DNA of 64,000 nt from positions 21,204,001 to 21,268,000 of the forward strand of contig OZ024757.1 of assembly GCA_964016885.1 (NCBI GenBank). The letters run 5' to 3'. Below are positions 26,275-40,629 of the stretch, in pieces (within the stretch, counting starts at the first letter, position 1; each line of letters starts with the position of its first letter). Under the pieces are notes generated by a model. That model ran no database searches. It had not been told where the DNA came from and saw nothing but the letters and a program-made list of their open reading frames with translations. The stretch is from Eledone cirrhosa (Eukaryota). The position numbers and the translations under genes were made by a program.

Positions 26275-27135
26275 TATATATATATCTATCTATATATATA
26301 TATATATACACACACACACATATATATATATCTATCTATCTATATATATATATACACACACACATATATATATATATCTATCTAACTATCTATATATATA
26401 CACACACACACACATATATATATATATCTATATATCTATCTATATATATATACACACACACACATATATATATATCTATATATCTATCTATATATATATA
26501 CACACACACACATATATATATATATATCTATCTAACTATCTATATATATATACACACACACACATATATATATATATATCTATCTATCTATATATATACA
26601 CACACACACATATATATATATCTATCTATCTATATATATATATACACACACACATATATATATATATCTATCTAACTATCTATATATATACACACACACA
26701 CACATATATATATATATCTATATATCTATCTATATATATATATATACACACACACATATATATATATCTATCTAACTATCTATATATATACACACACACA
26801 CACATATATATCTATACACACACACATATATATATATCTATCTATCTATATATATATATACACACACACATATATATATATATCTATCTAACTATCTATA
26901 TATATACACACACACACACATATATATATATATCTATATATCTATCTATATATATATATACACACACACATATATATATCTATCTAACTATCTATATATA
27001 TACACACACACACACATATATATATATCTATCTATCTATATATATATATATATACACACACATATATATATATATCTATATATCTATATATATATACACA
27101 CACATATATATATACATATATATATGTGTATATAT
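25436..27135. repeat. Long compound (TA)n/(CA)n/(TCTA)n microsatellite, interrupted at ~25700-25895
   Basis: Directly visible. Confidence 0.96.
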
Positions 27136-27289
27136 GGTGTGAAAAGTGAGAGAGTGGTGAAAGAGAGTTGGTTGTGTGTTGCTATGTAATTAATCTAATT
27201 AATTGGTATCTAGGTAACTGAAGTCTAATTCACTGAATTGATCTAAAGTGATGTGAACATTTACTATTGGTAGCAGACAGCCATGACAA

Positions 27290-27770
27290 CATGGTGGTGG
27301 TGGTGGTGGTGGTATCGGGGGTGATGATGATGATGATGGTGATGGTGGTGATGCTATTGATGGTGACGATGATGGTGGTGGTGGTGGTGGTGGTGATGGT
27401 GAAGATATTGATGATGATGGTGATGGTGATGATGGTGGTGATGGTGATGGTGGTGATGGTGGTGATGATGATGATAATGGTGGTGGTGGTGGTGATGGTG
27501 ATGATAATGGTGGTGGTGGTGGTGGTGGTGATGATAATGGTGGTGATGATGATGATGATGATGATGGTGATGATAATGGTGGTGGTGATGATGATAATGG
27601 TGCTGGTGGTGGTGGTGATGATGATGATAATAATGGTGGTGGTGCTGATGATAATGGTGGTGATGATGATGATGGTGGTGATGATGATGATGACGATGGT
27701 GGTGGTGGTGGTGGTGGCAACGGTGATGAAAACTGATGATTATGACAATGGCGATAATGATAATAATTAA
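27290..27770. repeat. (GGT/GAT)n trinucleotide tract
   Basis: Directly visible. Confidence 0.95.
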
Positions 27771-28059
27771 GATGGAAGATTGTTTATTTGTCTAAATATG
27801 TCAATGAAAGGAAATAGAAGACAAACAGATTCACAGTAAAACGAGTGTATACACGAGTAAAACGAGTGTATATATTCTTTCAAGTAAACCAACAACGAGT
27901 GTATATATTCTTTGAAGTAAAATACAACGAGTGTATATATTCTTTGAAGTAAAATACAAACAATAGGTTTCTATTTAAAATCCATTGTTTCAGTTCTTCA
28001 AGAGATTGGGTAATAAAAGATGATTGAGATTCTATTGTAAATAGCAAGAGAAAAGGTCT

Positions 28060-28088
28060 GTGTGTGTATATGTGTGTCACTGTCTGAT

Positions 28089-28140
<52 letters not shown>

Positions 28141-29780
28141 TGTGTCTCATTGTGTATGCATATGTCTGAATGTCTTTGTGTATATATGTGTGTCTCATTG
28201 TGTATGTCTGTCTCAATGTCTCTGTGTGTATATATGTATGTGTCTCTCTCATTGTGTATGTCTATGTCTCAATGTCTCTGTGTGTATATATGTGTCTCTC
28301 TCACTGTGTATGTCTGTCTCAATGTCTGTGTGTGTATATATGTGTGTCTCTCATTGTGTATGTCTATGTCTCAATGTCTCTGTGTGTATATATGTGTCTC
28401 TCTCACTGTGTATGTCTGTCTCAATGTCTGTGTGTGTATATATGTGTGTCTCTCATTGTGTATGTCTATGTCTCAATGTCTCTGTGTGTATATGTGTCTC
28501 TCTCACTGTGTATGTCTGTCTCAATGTCTGTGTGTGTATATATGTGTGTCTCTCATTGTGTATGTCTATGTCTCAATGTCTCTGTGTATATATGTGTCTC
28601 TCTCATTGTGTATGTCTGTCTCAATGTCTCTGTGTGTATATATGTGTGTCTCTCTCATTGTGTATGCCTGTCTCAATGTCTCTGTGTGTATATATGTGTG
28701 TCTCTCATTGTGTATGTCTGTCTCAATGTCTGTGTGTATATATGTGTGTGTCTCTCACTGTGTGTGTCTATGTCTCAATGTCTCTGTGTGTATATATGTG
28801 TCTCTCTCATTGTGTATGTCTATGTCTCAATGTCTCTGTGTGTATATATGTGTCTCTCTCATTGTGTATGTCTATGTCTCAATGTATCTGTGTGTATATA
28901 TGTGTCTCTCTCATTGTGTATGTCTGTCTCAATGTCTCTGTGTGTATATGTGTGTCTCTCATTGTGTATGTCTATGTCTCAATGTCTCTGTGTGTATATG
29001 TGTGTCTCTCATTGTGTATGTCTGTCTCAATGTCTCTGTGTGTATATATGTGTGTGTCTCTCACTGTGTGTGTCTATGTCTCAATGTCTCTGTGTGTATA
29101 TATGTGTCTCTCTCATTGTGTATGTCTATGTCTCAATGTCTCTGTGTGTATATATGTGTGTCTCTCACTATGTATGTCTGTCTCAATGTCTCTGTGTGTA
29201 TATGTATGTCTCTCACTGTGTATGTCTGTCTCAATGTCTCTGTGTGTATATATGTGTGTCTCTCATTGTGTATGTCTATGTCTCAATGTCTCTGTGTATA
29301 TATGTGTCTCTCATTGTGTATGTCTGTGTCTCAATGTCTCTGTGTGTATATATGTGTGTCTCTGTGTGTATATATGTGTGTCTCTCACTATGTATGTCTG
29401 TCTCAATGTCTCTGTGTGTATATGTGTGTCTCTCATTGTGTATGTCTGTCTCAATGTCTGTGTGTGTATATACGTGTCTCTCTCATTGTGTATGTCTGTC
29501 TCAATGTCTCTGTGTGTATATATGTGTGTCTATGCCTCAATGTCTCTGTGTGTATATATGTGTGTCTCTCTCATTGTGTATGTCTATGTCTCAATGTCTC
29601 TGTGTGTATATGTGTGTCTCTCTCATTGTGTATGTCTGTCTCAATGTGTCTGTGTATATGTGTCTCTCTCATTGTGTATGTCTGTCTCAATGTCTCTGTG
29701 TGCATATGTGTGTCTCTCATTGTGTATGTCTATGTCTCAATGTCTCTGTGTGTATATGTGTGTCTCTCACTGTGTATGCC
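28060..29780. repeat. Microsatellite-derived minisatellite (~52-60-bp unit)
   Basis: CTCATTGTGTATGTCT(AT)GTCTCAATGTCTCTGTGTGTATATATGTGTGTCT repeated ~30 times. Confidence 0.94.
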
Positions 29781-30083
29781 TAGGCATAACTATACACAAT
29801 GTCTAGGCATAGCTATACACAAAAACATATGTAATACTTGTATGTTTGTAGTGTGTGCATACATATATACATACATAGACATACATACATATAATATATA
29901 TATGTATGTATGTGTGTGTGTGTGTATATGTGTATATATGTATGTACATTCTAGTTTTATAATTTCACAAATCTTTACCAATAGAGAGAGAGCCAGTTTC
30001 TAACATAGACACAAGACTCTCATTGAGATTTAAACATCAACTAGGTAGATATGTATACATGTGTGCGTATGTGTACAGGTATA

Positions 30084-30200
30084 TAATAATAATAATAATA
30101 ATGAAATCATTGTGTACAGTGCTCAGGTGCACTACAACTCGTCAAAGGTGCATGTATAGTACATAGAATAATGTACAAATGTCAGGGAAGTGAATAGTTT
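30084..30200 (-). mobile_element. CR1-like 3' tail, same family as 18480-18585
   Basis: Reverse complement GAGTTGTAGTGCACCTGAGCACTGTACACAATGATTTCATTATTATT. Confidence 0.85.
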
Positions 30201-30278
30201 ATGGATGTTATTGTATGTTTTGAGTTATATGTGTGCATGTGTATATGTTTTGTATCTGTACATGTGTATATGCAGTTA

Positions 30279-31225
30279 TTAGATGCAAAATTTTTGGAAT
30301 GTTTTACATATTTTTACTGTTCCATTAATGGATTGTATTTGAAATTTCCTAACTAGTTGTGTTCTTTCTGTTCCTGTGAAGCCCACCTTCTCAAGATTAT
30401 TATTGAGGCAGTTACTAACATACCCCAGTGCCCCAATAATCACAGGTATAAATCTGAAGGTGTAATCAGGGTGGAGTATCTGCAGATTTCTCATCAGTTC
30501 TGCATAAATATTCTCCTTTCTGCTAATCTTTAATATTATATTGGCATCTGCTGGGCAGCTAACTTCCACTACTGTGCATGTTTTCTTCTCCCTGTCCCAT
30601 ATCATAATATCTGGTCTGTTATGCCTGCATTTTATTGAAGTTTTGACCGGAACATTCCACCAGTACTCTTTCATATTATGTATGTGTATGTCTTCCACAT
30701 TGCTGTAATTTTTTATATGTATATTGTCAGAGCTATAATTTCTACGGATTGCATTGTACAGATGCTACTGTGATGACATCTTTGAACAGCTGCTAATGAC
30801 ATGGGTGACATCTTCGATGTTAATTTTGCAGAGTCTGCACTTGTTGTCACATCTAGGTGTTTTGACTGCATCCCTATCTCTTTTGTGAATCAGGTATTTT
30901 GTATTGATTTCCTGTTCTTGGATTGCAAAAGCATATTCTTCAAAGTGGGAGCCAATATAGCAGCTGTTGGTCCAAGATAGACTACTTTCCTTATGTATAC
31001 TCTCACTCTGGAGCTTCTTGGTAACATATCCATGTACGATTTTTTGCTGAGAAGCACGCAGCTTTTCATCCATGGACTGACTGCAGTATTGCTAGGCATT
31101 TTCCCTGGGTGTGAGCTTTTGGTTATCAAGGAGTTCCTTCCCAACTCCCATGAAGACAGACTTTCATCAATAATATGCAGGATTTCATTATTTGGTTTCA
31201 TTCTGTTTAGTACTGTTGTTTTATT
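30279..31225 (-). mobile_element. Degraded R4/Dong-like non-LTR retrotransposon C-terminus (CCHC knuckle plus restriction-like endonuclease)
   Basis: FAIQEQEINT, CRLCKINIEDVTHVISSC, HNRPDIMIWD..TVVEVSCP..K..Y..L, IPVIIGALG; stops and frameshifts between blocks. Confidence 0.88.
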
Positions 31226-31860
31226 ATATTCCGCGAGAGAAATATGCATAAAAAAATACATCAACGCCACAAGTTGCACATACTGGCGAGGGAGACTTCA
31301 TTAAATTTAAGATGAATACTATCTCAAACAGTAATGCCACAACTACCAGCCATATTGAATAACTGGATGTTCTTCGAACTATACCAACTGAAAACACTTT
31401 TTATTTGAATACTTAGAGATATCCAACTAAATTCAATTTTACAACGATTTGCTACAAACATGATGGTTGAACACAACACCACCACCACTAGTGGAGTATT
31501 GAAGAAAAACAACAACGAGAAAGGTAAACAAAATTTCTTTAGTCGTAGCTACAGAAGGAACCAAAATCATTAATTGCATTTCTCTTACGAGCTTAATAAT
31601 GATTTATTTAATTGTTATAAAATGACAAAAAAGAATCCCCCCCATTAGGTACATGACTAGAATGTAAGCCTCCCAGGTCGAACATGTAACCAATAAGATG
31701 TTCTATAGGTCTATAGGTCACATGCTACTTTCTAGCAGCCAGGCTGAACATAAACAATATAGGAACAGTCCCTTGAAACAACCATACCAGTAAGACATTT
31801 GACACCACATGTATCAGCTGATTCTACCTTGACTGTTGTGGAAAACACTGTTAATTATAA

Positions 31861-31962
31861 TTGTTTCTACTTTTGGCACAAGGCCAGCAATTACCCCAGT
31901 ACATTACTGGTACTTTATATTATCGACCCCAGGGCAAAGTTAACCTTGGCAGGATTTGAACT
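31861..31962 (-). mobile_element. Family B SINE 3' half
   Basis: Reverse complement of the B-box and tail. Confidence 0.82.
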
Positions 31963-31964
31963 AA

Positions 31965-32505
31965 TAAGCAAGACACTTTATTTCACATTGCTCCAGTTTA
32001 CTCAGCTGTAGAAATGAGATGATAGGGACTGGGGTCCTTATCATTCCACTGTAAAGTGGTCGTGGAGGTGCCACGGCAAAAAAGCACCCAGCACTCGCTG
32101 TAAAGTGGACGTGGCGGTGCCACGGCAAAAAAGTACCAAGCACTCACTGTAAAGTGGATGTGGAGGTGCTACGGCAAAATAACACCCAGCACTCACTGCA
32201 AAGTGGATGTGGAGGTGCCACGGCAAAAAAGCACCCAGCACTCACTGTAAAGTGGACATGGAGGCGCCACGGCAAAAAAGCACCCAGCACTCACTGTAAA
32301 GTGGTCGTGGAGGTGCCACGGCAAAAAAGCACCCAGCACTCACTGCAAAGTGGTCTGGAGGTGCCACGGCAAAAAAGCACCCAGCACTCACTGTAAATGA
32401 GGTTGGTGTTAGGAAGGGCATCCAGCTGTAGAAATCAAGCCAGAATCAGTTCCCGTCCTACCCTTGCAAGCAGGGAAAAAGCGGACGTAAAATGAAATGA
32501 ATGAA
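31965..32505 (+). mobile_element. Family A SINE, 5'-truncated, with an internal ~49-bp unit amplified ~7 times
   Basis: GTGGTCGTGGAGGTGCCACGGCAAAAAAGCACCCAGCACTCACTGTAAA repeated between the SINE body and tail. Confidence 0.9.
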
Positions 32506-32633
32506 TACATCTACCGCTAGCAGGGAAAATCAAGCGTATAAACAATTGAAATATAACCTCAATGAAACTGTATGTGTATGTGTGTATGTATGCGGGATTG
32601 TATCAGTCCATTTACTTATCTGCTTTTTGTCTG

Positions 32634-32669
<36 letters not shown>

Positions 32670-32673
32670 AATG

Positions 32674-32722
<49 letters not shown>

Positions 32723-32847
32723 AGATATATGCATACTCACAAACATATATATACATATATATATATATATGTGTGTATGGACACGTATATATATTTGAGC
32801 GTGTGTGTGTATATCTTCAACTGTTTATTGTCTTTTAATTTATGATG

Positions 32848-32902
<55 letters not shown>

Positions 32903-33050
32903 AAGAAATACACAAAGTCAGAGATGAGGGGGGGTGGAGGGTGGAGGAGGAGGGATGGGGGGGGGAAGCAGTGGATGTAAATAGACAATGTTGGAGTTGG
33001 GACCTTGGAAAGTAGGTGTGTCTCAGTAAGTCAACAAAACACCAGTAGTG

Positions 33051-33645
<595 letters not shown>

Positions 33646-33647
33646 TT

Positions 33648-33978
33648 GGAGGCACATGGCTTAGTGGTTAGAGCATTGGCCTTGCAATCGAAAGGTTGTT
33701 AGTTCAATTCTCAGACCGGGTGATGTGTTGTTTCCTTGAGCAAGACACTTTATTTCACATTGCTCCAGTTTACTCAGCTGTAGAAATGAGATGATAGGGA
33801 CTGGGGTCCCTATCATTCCACTGCAAAGTGGTCGTGGAGGTGCCACGGCAAAAAAAGCACCCAGCACTCACTGTAAATGAGGTTGGTGTTAGGAAGGGCA
33901 TCCAGCTGTAGAAATCAAGCCAGAATCAGTTCCTGTCCCACCCTTGCAAGCAGGGAAAAGTGGACGTAAAATGATGAG
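33648..33978 (+). mobile_element. Full-length family A tRNA-derived SINE
   Basis: A-box TGGCTTAGTGG, B-box-like AGTTCAATTC, central CCTTGAGCAAGACACTTTATTTCAC, tail AGGAAGGGCATCCAGCTGTAGAA...GGACGTAAAATGATGA. Confidence 0.92.
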
Positions 33979-34198
33979 GGTGATGATGATGATGACATAT
34001 ATCATCATCATCATTTAACGTCCATCTTCCACGCTTGCATGGGTATATTATAAAATAACAGGAGGCTGAACTGGTGTAATTCCGTAAAGGTTTATTATAC
34101 TTGATCATTTCAATGACTGGGTTCAGTATGAATCCGGTGACATCATCAGACATTCAAAATTTAACAAAGGAATATGATAGACACAATCCATGGGGCTG

Positions 34199-34261
<63 letters not shown>

Positions 34262-35625
34262 GCAGGTGTCACAACAAAAAGCACCCAGTGCACTCTGTGA
34301 AGGGGTTGTGCTGGTGTCACAACAAAAAAGCACCCAGTGCACACTGTGAAGGGGTTGTGCAGGTGTCACAACAAAAAAGCACCCAGTGCACACTGTGCAG
34401 GGGTTGTGCAGGTGTCACAACAAAAAGCACCCAGTGCACACTGAAGGGGTTGTGCAGGTGTCAAAACAAAAAGCACCCAGTGCACACTGTGAAGGGGTTA
34501 TGCAGGTGTCACAACAAAAAAGCACCCAGTGCACACTGTGCAGGGGTTGTGCAGGTGTCACAACAAAAAGCACCCAGTGCACACTGAAGGGGTTGTGCAG
34601 GTGTCACAACAAAAAGCACCCAGTGCACACTGTGAAGGGGTTATGCAGGTGTCACAACAAAAAAGCACCCAGTGCACACTGTGCAGGGGTTGTGCAGGTG
34701 TCACAACAAAAAGCACCCAGTGCACACTGAAGGGGTTGTGCAGGTGTCACAACAAAAAGCACCCAGTGCACACTGTGAAGGGGTTATGCAGGTGTCACAA
34801 CAAAAAAGCACCCAGTGCACACTGAAGGGATTGTGCAGGTGTCACAACAAAAAGCACCCAGTGCACACTGAAGGGGTTGTGCAGGTGTCACAACAAAAAG
34901 CACCCAGTGCACACTGAAGGGGTTGTGCAGGTGTCACAACAAAAAGCACCCAGTGCACACTGTGAAGGGATTGTGCAGGTGTTACAACAAAAAGCACCCA
35001 GTGCACACTGAAGGGGTTGTGCAGGTGTCACAACAAAAAGCACCCAGTGCACACTGTGAAGGGATTGTGCAGGTGTTACAACAAAAAGCACCCAGTGCAC
35101 ACTGTGAAGGGATTGTGCAGGTGTTACAACAAAAAGCACCCAGTGCACACTGAAGGGGTTGTGCAGGTGTCACAACAAAAAGCACCCAGTGCACACTGTG
35201 AAGGGATTGTGCAGGTGTTACAACAAAAAGCACCCAGTGCACACTGAAGGGGTTGTGCAGGTGTCACAACAAAAAGCACCCAGTGCACACTGTGAAGGGA
35301 TTGTGCAGGTGTTACAACAAAAAGCACCCAGTGCACACTGTGAAGGGATTGTGCAGGTGTTACAACAAAAAGCACCCAGTGCACACTGTGAAGGGATTGT
35401 GCAGGTGTCACAACAAAAAGCACCCAGTGCACACTGAAGGGGTTGTGCAGGTGTCACACTGTAAATGTGGTTAGTGTTAGGAATGGCATCCAACTGTGGA
35501 AACCAAGCCAGAACTGGTCCACTGTGAGTTAGAGGCGGTCATCTGCTCTGGCTTGGCCCACATCTGGACAACTAGTCTAACCCATACTAGCGTGGAACAA
35601 TAGACATTAAACGGAGATGATGATA
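34262..35625 (+). repeat. 46-49-bp minisatellite (~25 copies) from the SINE internal unit, followed by a SINE tail
   Basis: GTGCAGGTGTCACAACAAAAAGCACCCAGTGCACACTG(TG)AAGGGGTT, then GTTAGGAATGGCATCCAACTGTGG...GACATTAAACGGAGATGATG. Confidence 0.92.
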
Positions 35626-36289
35626 CATATTAACATAACCTTACAACATCAAAATACATTCATTATAACTAATCCTAAACAACAAGAGACTCAAAATACT
35701 TCATCTTATATTCATACAATATACATGATTATAATAAACTACAACGATGTAACCATCCTATCTACATGTCTATATCATTTTCAACCAAGCCATGGTGGAT
35801 AAATGTCAGTCCTCAGATACTACTTAGCTGTTCTTATCACCAAAATATCATTTCTTATAAAGCCTGTTTACATCAACAAAAAATTACTTAAACAACAACC
35901 CATCCTAAACCGCCTGTTTCTATTAAACAGAACCACCCATTTTAAAGGGTTGCTATTTGAATTAAAACCTTCCTTCATAATTTTAGTAAAACCTTCCCAA
36001 ATTAATTAAAATACTAAGTATTTCATTACAAATATAGTAATGAAAGGATTAACTTTTTTGATAACAACCAATGAAATCCAGCCTCGAAACAAAACTACTC
36101 ATTTTTAAGGGTTTTTAATTAAATTATAACTTTCCAACTTCATTTTATATAAGAACATTTTGTTAGGTTCCAAATATCATCTTAAAATCATAATTTTAGT
36201 AAATCCTTCCAAAATTCTTCATTAATTAAATTAAGATATAATGTATTTCAAATGAAAAGGGATAACTATTTTGAAACAAACTCATCTGG

Positions 36290-36850
36290 AACTGGCCAAG
36301 TGATAAGGGTGTTGAACTTACAATCATTTTGTTGTGGGTTTGATTCCTGGATTGGTTGTGTTGTGTTGCGCCTCATTTCCTGTTGTTCCAGTATACTCAG
36401 CTAAAAATGAGTACCAGCTTCTTTGGGACTTTAGAAAAAAAAAGGCTCTAAACACCATTGTTGTGGGTTTGATTCCTGGATTGGTTGTGTGTTGTGTTGC
36501 GCCTCATTTCCTGTTGTTCCAGTATACTCAGCTAAAAATGAGTACCAGCTTCTTTGGGACTTTAGAAAAAAAAAGGCTCTAAACACCATTGTTGTGGGTT
36601 TGATTCCTGGATTGGTTGTGTGTTGTGTTGCGCCTCATTTCTTGTTGTTCCAGTATACTCAGCTAAAAATGAGTACCAGCTTCTTTGGGACTTTAGAAAA
36701 AAAAAGGCTCTAAACACCATTGTTGTGGGTTTGATTCCTGGATTGGTTGTGTGTTGTGTTGCGCCTCATTTCTTGTTGTTCCAGTATACTCAGCTAAAAA
36801 TGAGTACCAGCTTCTTTGGGACTTTAGAAAAAAAAAGGCTCTAAACACCA
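36290..36850 (+). repeat. 131-bp tandem repeat (4 copies) of a tRNA-derived SINE 5' half
   Basis: A-box-like TGGCCAAGTG upstream; each unit has B-box-like GGTTTGATTCC and CCAGTATACTCAGCTAAAAATGAGTACCAGC. Confidence 0.88.
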
Positions 36851-36859
36851 ACTTACTAG

Positions 36860-37110
36860 TCATCATCATCATCCTCGTTTAAAGTCTATCTTCCACGCTA
36901 ACATGGGTTTAGACGGGAATTGTCCCACTTGAGGCAAAATTGGTCGTCTCGCTCGTATAGAACTGTCTGGCAGGTTTTCTACAGTTGGATGCCCTTCCTA
37001 ACACCAACCACATTTACAGTGTGGGACTGGGAGGTTTTTACTGTGTTACCTACACTACCACATTACAGCGTGGACTGTGTGTTTTTTTTTTTTTGTTGTG
37101 ACACCTACAC
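36860..37110 (-). mobile_element. Family A-related SINE 3' part; homolog at 43385-43643 (+)
   Basis: Shared tail sequence. Confidence 0.82.
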
Positions 37111-37561
37111 GACCTCATTTATTTGGGACTGGATGTTGTGGTACCAACATGACTTTACAAAGAAAGGGGTGGTGTTGGTGGGAGTTGGGGTAGTGGGATG
37201 GGGGTGTATATTTGATTAAGAGGTGCCTACTGACTGTAAGTTTCGCTTTATATTCAGAATAAAAGTTATTTTTCTAAATCCCTCCAAATTCTGGTAACAA
37301 TTTGAATAAATTAAAAAAAAAAACTCAAAGTAATACCAAATAGAAAAGAAACCAAGTTGTTTTGCAGTAATCCTGGGTTGTAATTATCATTGTGTATCTG
37401 TTTTCAATGTCAACAGGATGTTTGTAGGGAGGGTCCCTCTATTACTCAAATGTAAGAAAGCTGCTTTCAATTTCAATAGTTCATAAGTTAAAGCTTGGCA
37501 ATATCTTCTTCAAATATCTGATTGAAAACAAGAAGTTAAGTTTAAACAAATATGACAACGT

Positions 37562-37592
<31 letters not shown>

Positions 37593-37719
37593 ATTGCTTT
37601 CCCTCAATGTACCTATCTGTATATCTGCTTCTCTCTCACTATCTCACTATCTATATATTTCTCGTTTTCCACCTATCTATCTATCTCATTCTCCTTCTCA
37701 TATATATATATATATATAT

Positions 37720-38046
37720 GCAAAGGTTATATTTAATTTGTTGGGATTCAACAAGCTTAAAAATGTTTATAACTGATATAAAGCACTCAACAAGTTAGTG
37801 GAGTAAATACACAATATATTAATAAATAGAAACTATATTTATAAAACCATATTTATTTTATTATACACTATCCATGAAGCTCCAACCGTTAAGGTTGTCT
37901 TTTTTTCAGGGTATATCAATATTTATTTATAAAACAAATCTGTATTTTATCTGATGAAAGCGCACCATAATTTGCCTTGGTTGCCCTTGAAATATGTATG
38001 ATAGAATAAATATGGTTTTATAAATATAGTTTCCATTTATTAATAT

Positions 38047-38050
<4 letters not shown>
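37720..38050. mobile_element. Hammerhead-bearing foldback element (family F), copy 2
   Basis: Homologous to 24786-25140; inverted arms ~37812-37866 and ~37996-38050; flanked by (TA)n. Confidence 0.8.
37943..38008 (+). ncRNA. Minimal hammerhead motif with a non-cleavable triplet (AUG)
   Basis: TATTTTAT-CTGATGA-AAGCGCACCA...TGGTTGCCCTT-GAAA-TATGTA-TG-ATAGAATA. Confidence 0.7.
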
Positions 38051-38081
<31 letters not shown>

Positions 38082-38082
<1 letters not shown>

Positions 38083-38375
38083 TATCACGGAACACCTCCG
38101 GGATATTCGCCTCGGCGGGAGTTCCCCGATCGCCCACCACTTTCGCTCCCCTGGACATTCCACCCACCACCTCACAGTCTGTGGCCTACTCCAATGCCAT
38201 GGAACACCCGCCACCCGCCTTACGGTCAAACAACGCACCATCTTCACCCTCCAGACCCACACGCCCCCCCAGCCTGAACTCCCCACCCTTCCCCCCCACA
38301 CATTCCCCACTAACACCTCAAACACACTCCCCCTTTTCACCGCCCCACCCCCTTGGCCCATCCCACAACTAACAA
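38082..38375 (+). mobile_element. Penelope-like element fragment (C-terminal part of the GIY-YIG endonuclease)
   Basis: ITEHLRDIRLGGSSPIAHHFRSPGHSTHHLTVCGL...RLTVKQRTIFTLQTHTP, then LN in a shifted frame, fits the EH..I..P.A.HF..HS..R...E...I..L.T..P.GLN pattern. Confidence 0.82.
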
Positions 38376-38379
38376 TACT

Positions 38380-39908
38380 AATATGTGAGATATTATGTGA
38401 GGTAAAGCCTTTACCATGAAAATATAATAGTATATATAGAGTAATGTAAATGTTATGTGAGATATTATGTGAGGTAAAGCCTTTACCATGAAAATACAAT
38501 AGTATATATAGAGTAATGTGAATGTTATGTGAGATATTATGTGAGGTAAAGCCTTTACCATGAAAATACAATAGTATATATAGAGTAATGTGAATGTTAT
38601 GTGAGATATTATGTGAGGTAAAGCCTTTACCATGAAAATACAATAGTATATATAGAGTAATGTGAATGTTATGTGAGATATTATGTGAGGTAAAGCCTTT
38701 ACTGTGAAAATACAATAGTATATATAGAGTAATGTGAATGTTATGTGAGATATTATGTGAGGTAAAGCCTTTACCATGAAAATACAATAGTATATATAGA
38801 GTAATGTGAATGTTATGTGAGATATTATGTGAGGTAAAGCCTTTACCATGAAAATATAATAGTATATATAGAGTAATGTGAATGTTATGTGAGATATTAT
38901 GTGGGGTAAAGCCTTTACCATGAAAATATAATAGTATATATAGAGTAATGTGAATGTTATGTGAGATATTATGTGAGGTAAAGCCTTTACCATGAAAATA
39001 TAATAGTATCTATAGAGTAATGTGAATGTTATGTGAGATATTATGTGGGGTAAAGCCTTTACCATGAAAATATAATAGTATATATAGAGTAATGTGAATG
39101 TTATGTGAGATATTATGTGAGGTAAAGCCTTTACCATGAAAATATAATAGTATATATAGAGTAATGTGAATGTTATGTGAGATATTATGTGAGGTAAAGC
39201 CTTTACCATGAAAATATAATAGTATATATATAGAGAAATGTAAATGTTATGTGAGATATTATGTGAGGTAAAGCCTTTACCATGAAAATATAATAGTATA
39301 TATAGAGTAATGTGAATGTTATGTGAGATAATTATGTGAGGTAAAGCCTTTACCATCCAAATATAATAGTATATATAGAGTAATGTGAATGTTATGTGAG
39401 ATAATTATGTGAGGTAAAGCCTTTACCATCCAAATATAATAGTATATATAGAGTAATGTGAATGTTATGTGTGATATTATGTGAGGTAAAGCCTTTACCA
39501 TCCAAATATAATAGTATATATAGAGTAATGTGAATGTTATGTGTGATATTATGTGAGGTAAAGCCTTTACCATCAAAATATAATAGTATATATAGAGTAA
39601 TGTGAATGTTATGTGAGATAATTATGTGAGGTAAAGCCTTTACCATCAAAATATAATAGTATATATAGAGTAATGTGAATGTTATGTGTGATATTATGTG
39701 AGGTAAAGCCTTTACCATGAAAATATAATAATATATATAGAGTAATGTAAATGTTATGTGAGATAATTATGTGAGGTAAAGCCTTTACCATCAAAATTTA
39801 ATAGTATATATAGAGTAATGTGAATGTTATGTGAGATATTATGTGAGGTAAAGTCTTTACCATGAAAATATAATAGTATCTATAGTAATGTGAATGCTAA
39901 AGAGTTAA
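38380..39908 (-). mobile_element. piggyBac-like MITE carrying a 72-bp satellite (~21 units), far end missing
   Basis: Minus strand begins TTAA-CTCTTTAGCATTCACATTACT; same unit as 47904-49665 in opposite orientation. Confidence 0.8.
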
Positions 39909-40164
39909 AATAATATTTTAAAAGAAGCTTATCTCAACTATGGAGACTTGACAGGTTGGTAGTTATCTTGGACAGCACGGCACAGTCCATTGCAGGGTTA
40001 AAATTTCGTCCCAAGTGTAAAGGTTCATTAGGCCAGTGCTTATCTTGGTTTTCATTGGCATTAAGTGACAGAGTACAAGACTCCCTTGGACAGGACACCT
40101 GTCCATTGCAGGGTTAAAGAAACAAACACTAATCTGGTAGTTGATCAAGAAAAGGCCTCCATTA

Positions 40165-40510
40165 TCTGGTGCTCCTTAAGGAAATCAGGTGTAGAAGAAT
40201 AGCTTGTGAGAGCAGTGGAAGCCATGTACGTAAGGTCAGTGAGGTGAGAGTAGGAAAAGAGTTTAGCGAGGAATTCGAGGTACAGGTAGGAGTATAATGA
40301 ACATTAAGGGCCATAACAGAGGAGTTTAAAACTGGCTATCCATGGTAACTATGTAGATGATTTGGCCCTATAGCCGAATCCATAAAAGAACTAGAAAATA
40401 AGTTCTGTCTATGGAAACGGAATTTGGAATCAAAAGGGTCTGATGGTAAACTTGGCCAAAACTGAAGTGTTTGTGAGTAGGGAAGTGGCCCTGTTCCATA
40501 TGTTGAAAAG
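40165..40510 (+). mobile_element. Degraded RTE-like LINE reverse transcriptase fragment
   Basis: WCSLRKSGVEE*LVRAVEAMY..VRVGKEFSEEFEVQVGV..AITEEFKTGYPW..YVDDL..IAESIKELENK..WKRNLESKGLMVNLAKTEV with stops and indels. Confidence 0.82.
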
Positions 40511-40629
40511 GAGTAACGTAGTTTATGAAGCTGTGGTCACTTCCAACTGACCAAATCAACCACAGAAGGTCAAATCCTATGTGGGCATGGCCTAGGGCCG
40601 ATTTAAGGATCGCTTCCTGAACCATCAAT

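Noticed and set aside
28060-30003. Cys-rich 500-650-aa ORFs (also 62654-63996, 55880-57394, 48253-49534)
   Set aside because: Translations of dinucleotide-derived or SINE/MITE-derived tandem repeats
31283-31590. Coding exon or LTR-retrotransposon gag start after a PBS-like TGGCGA
   Set aside because: In-frame stops, no recognisable motif and no LTR pair found
33648-33725. tRNA gene (also 44425 and 61760)
   Set aside because: No closed acceptor stem or terminator; continues into a multi-copy SINE body
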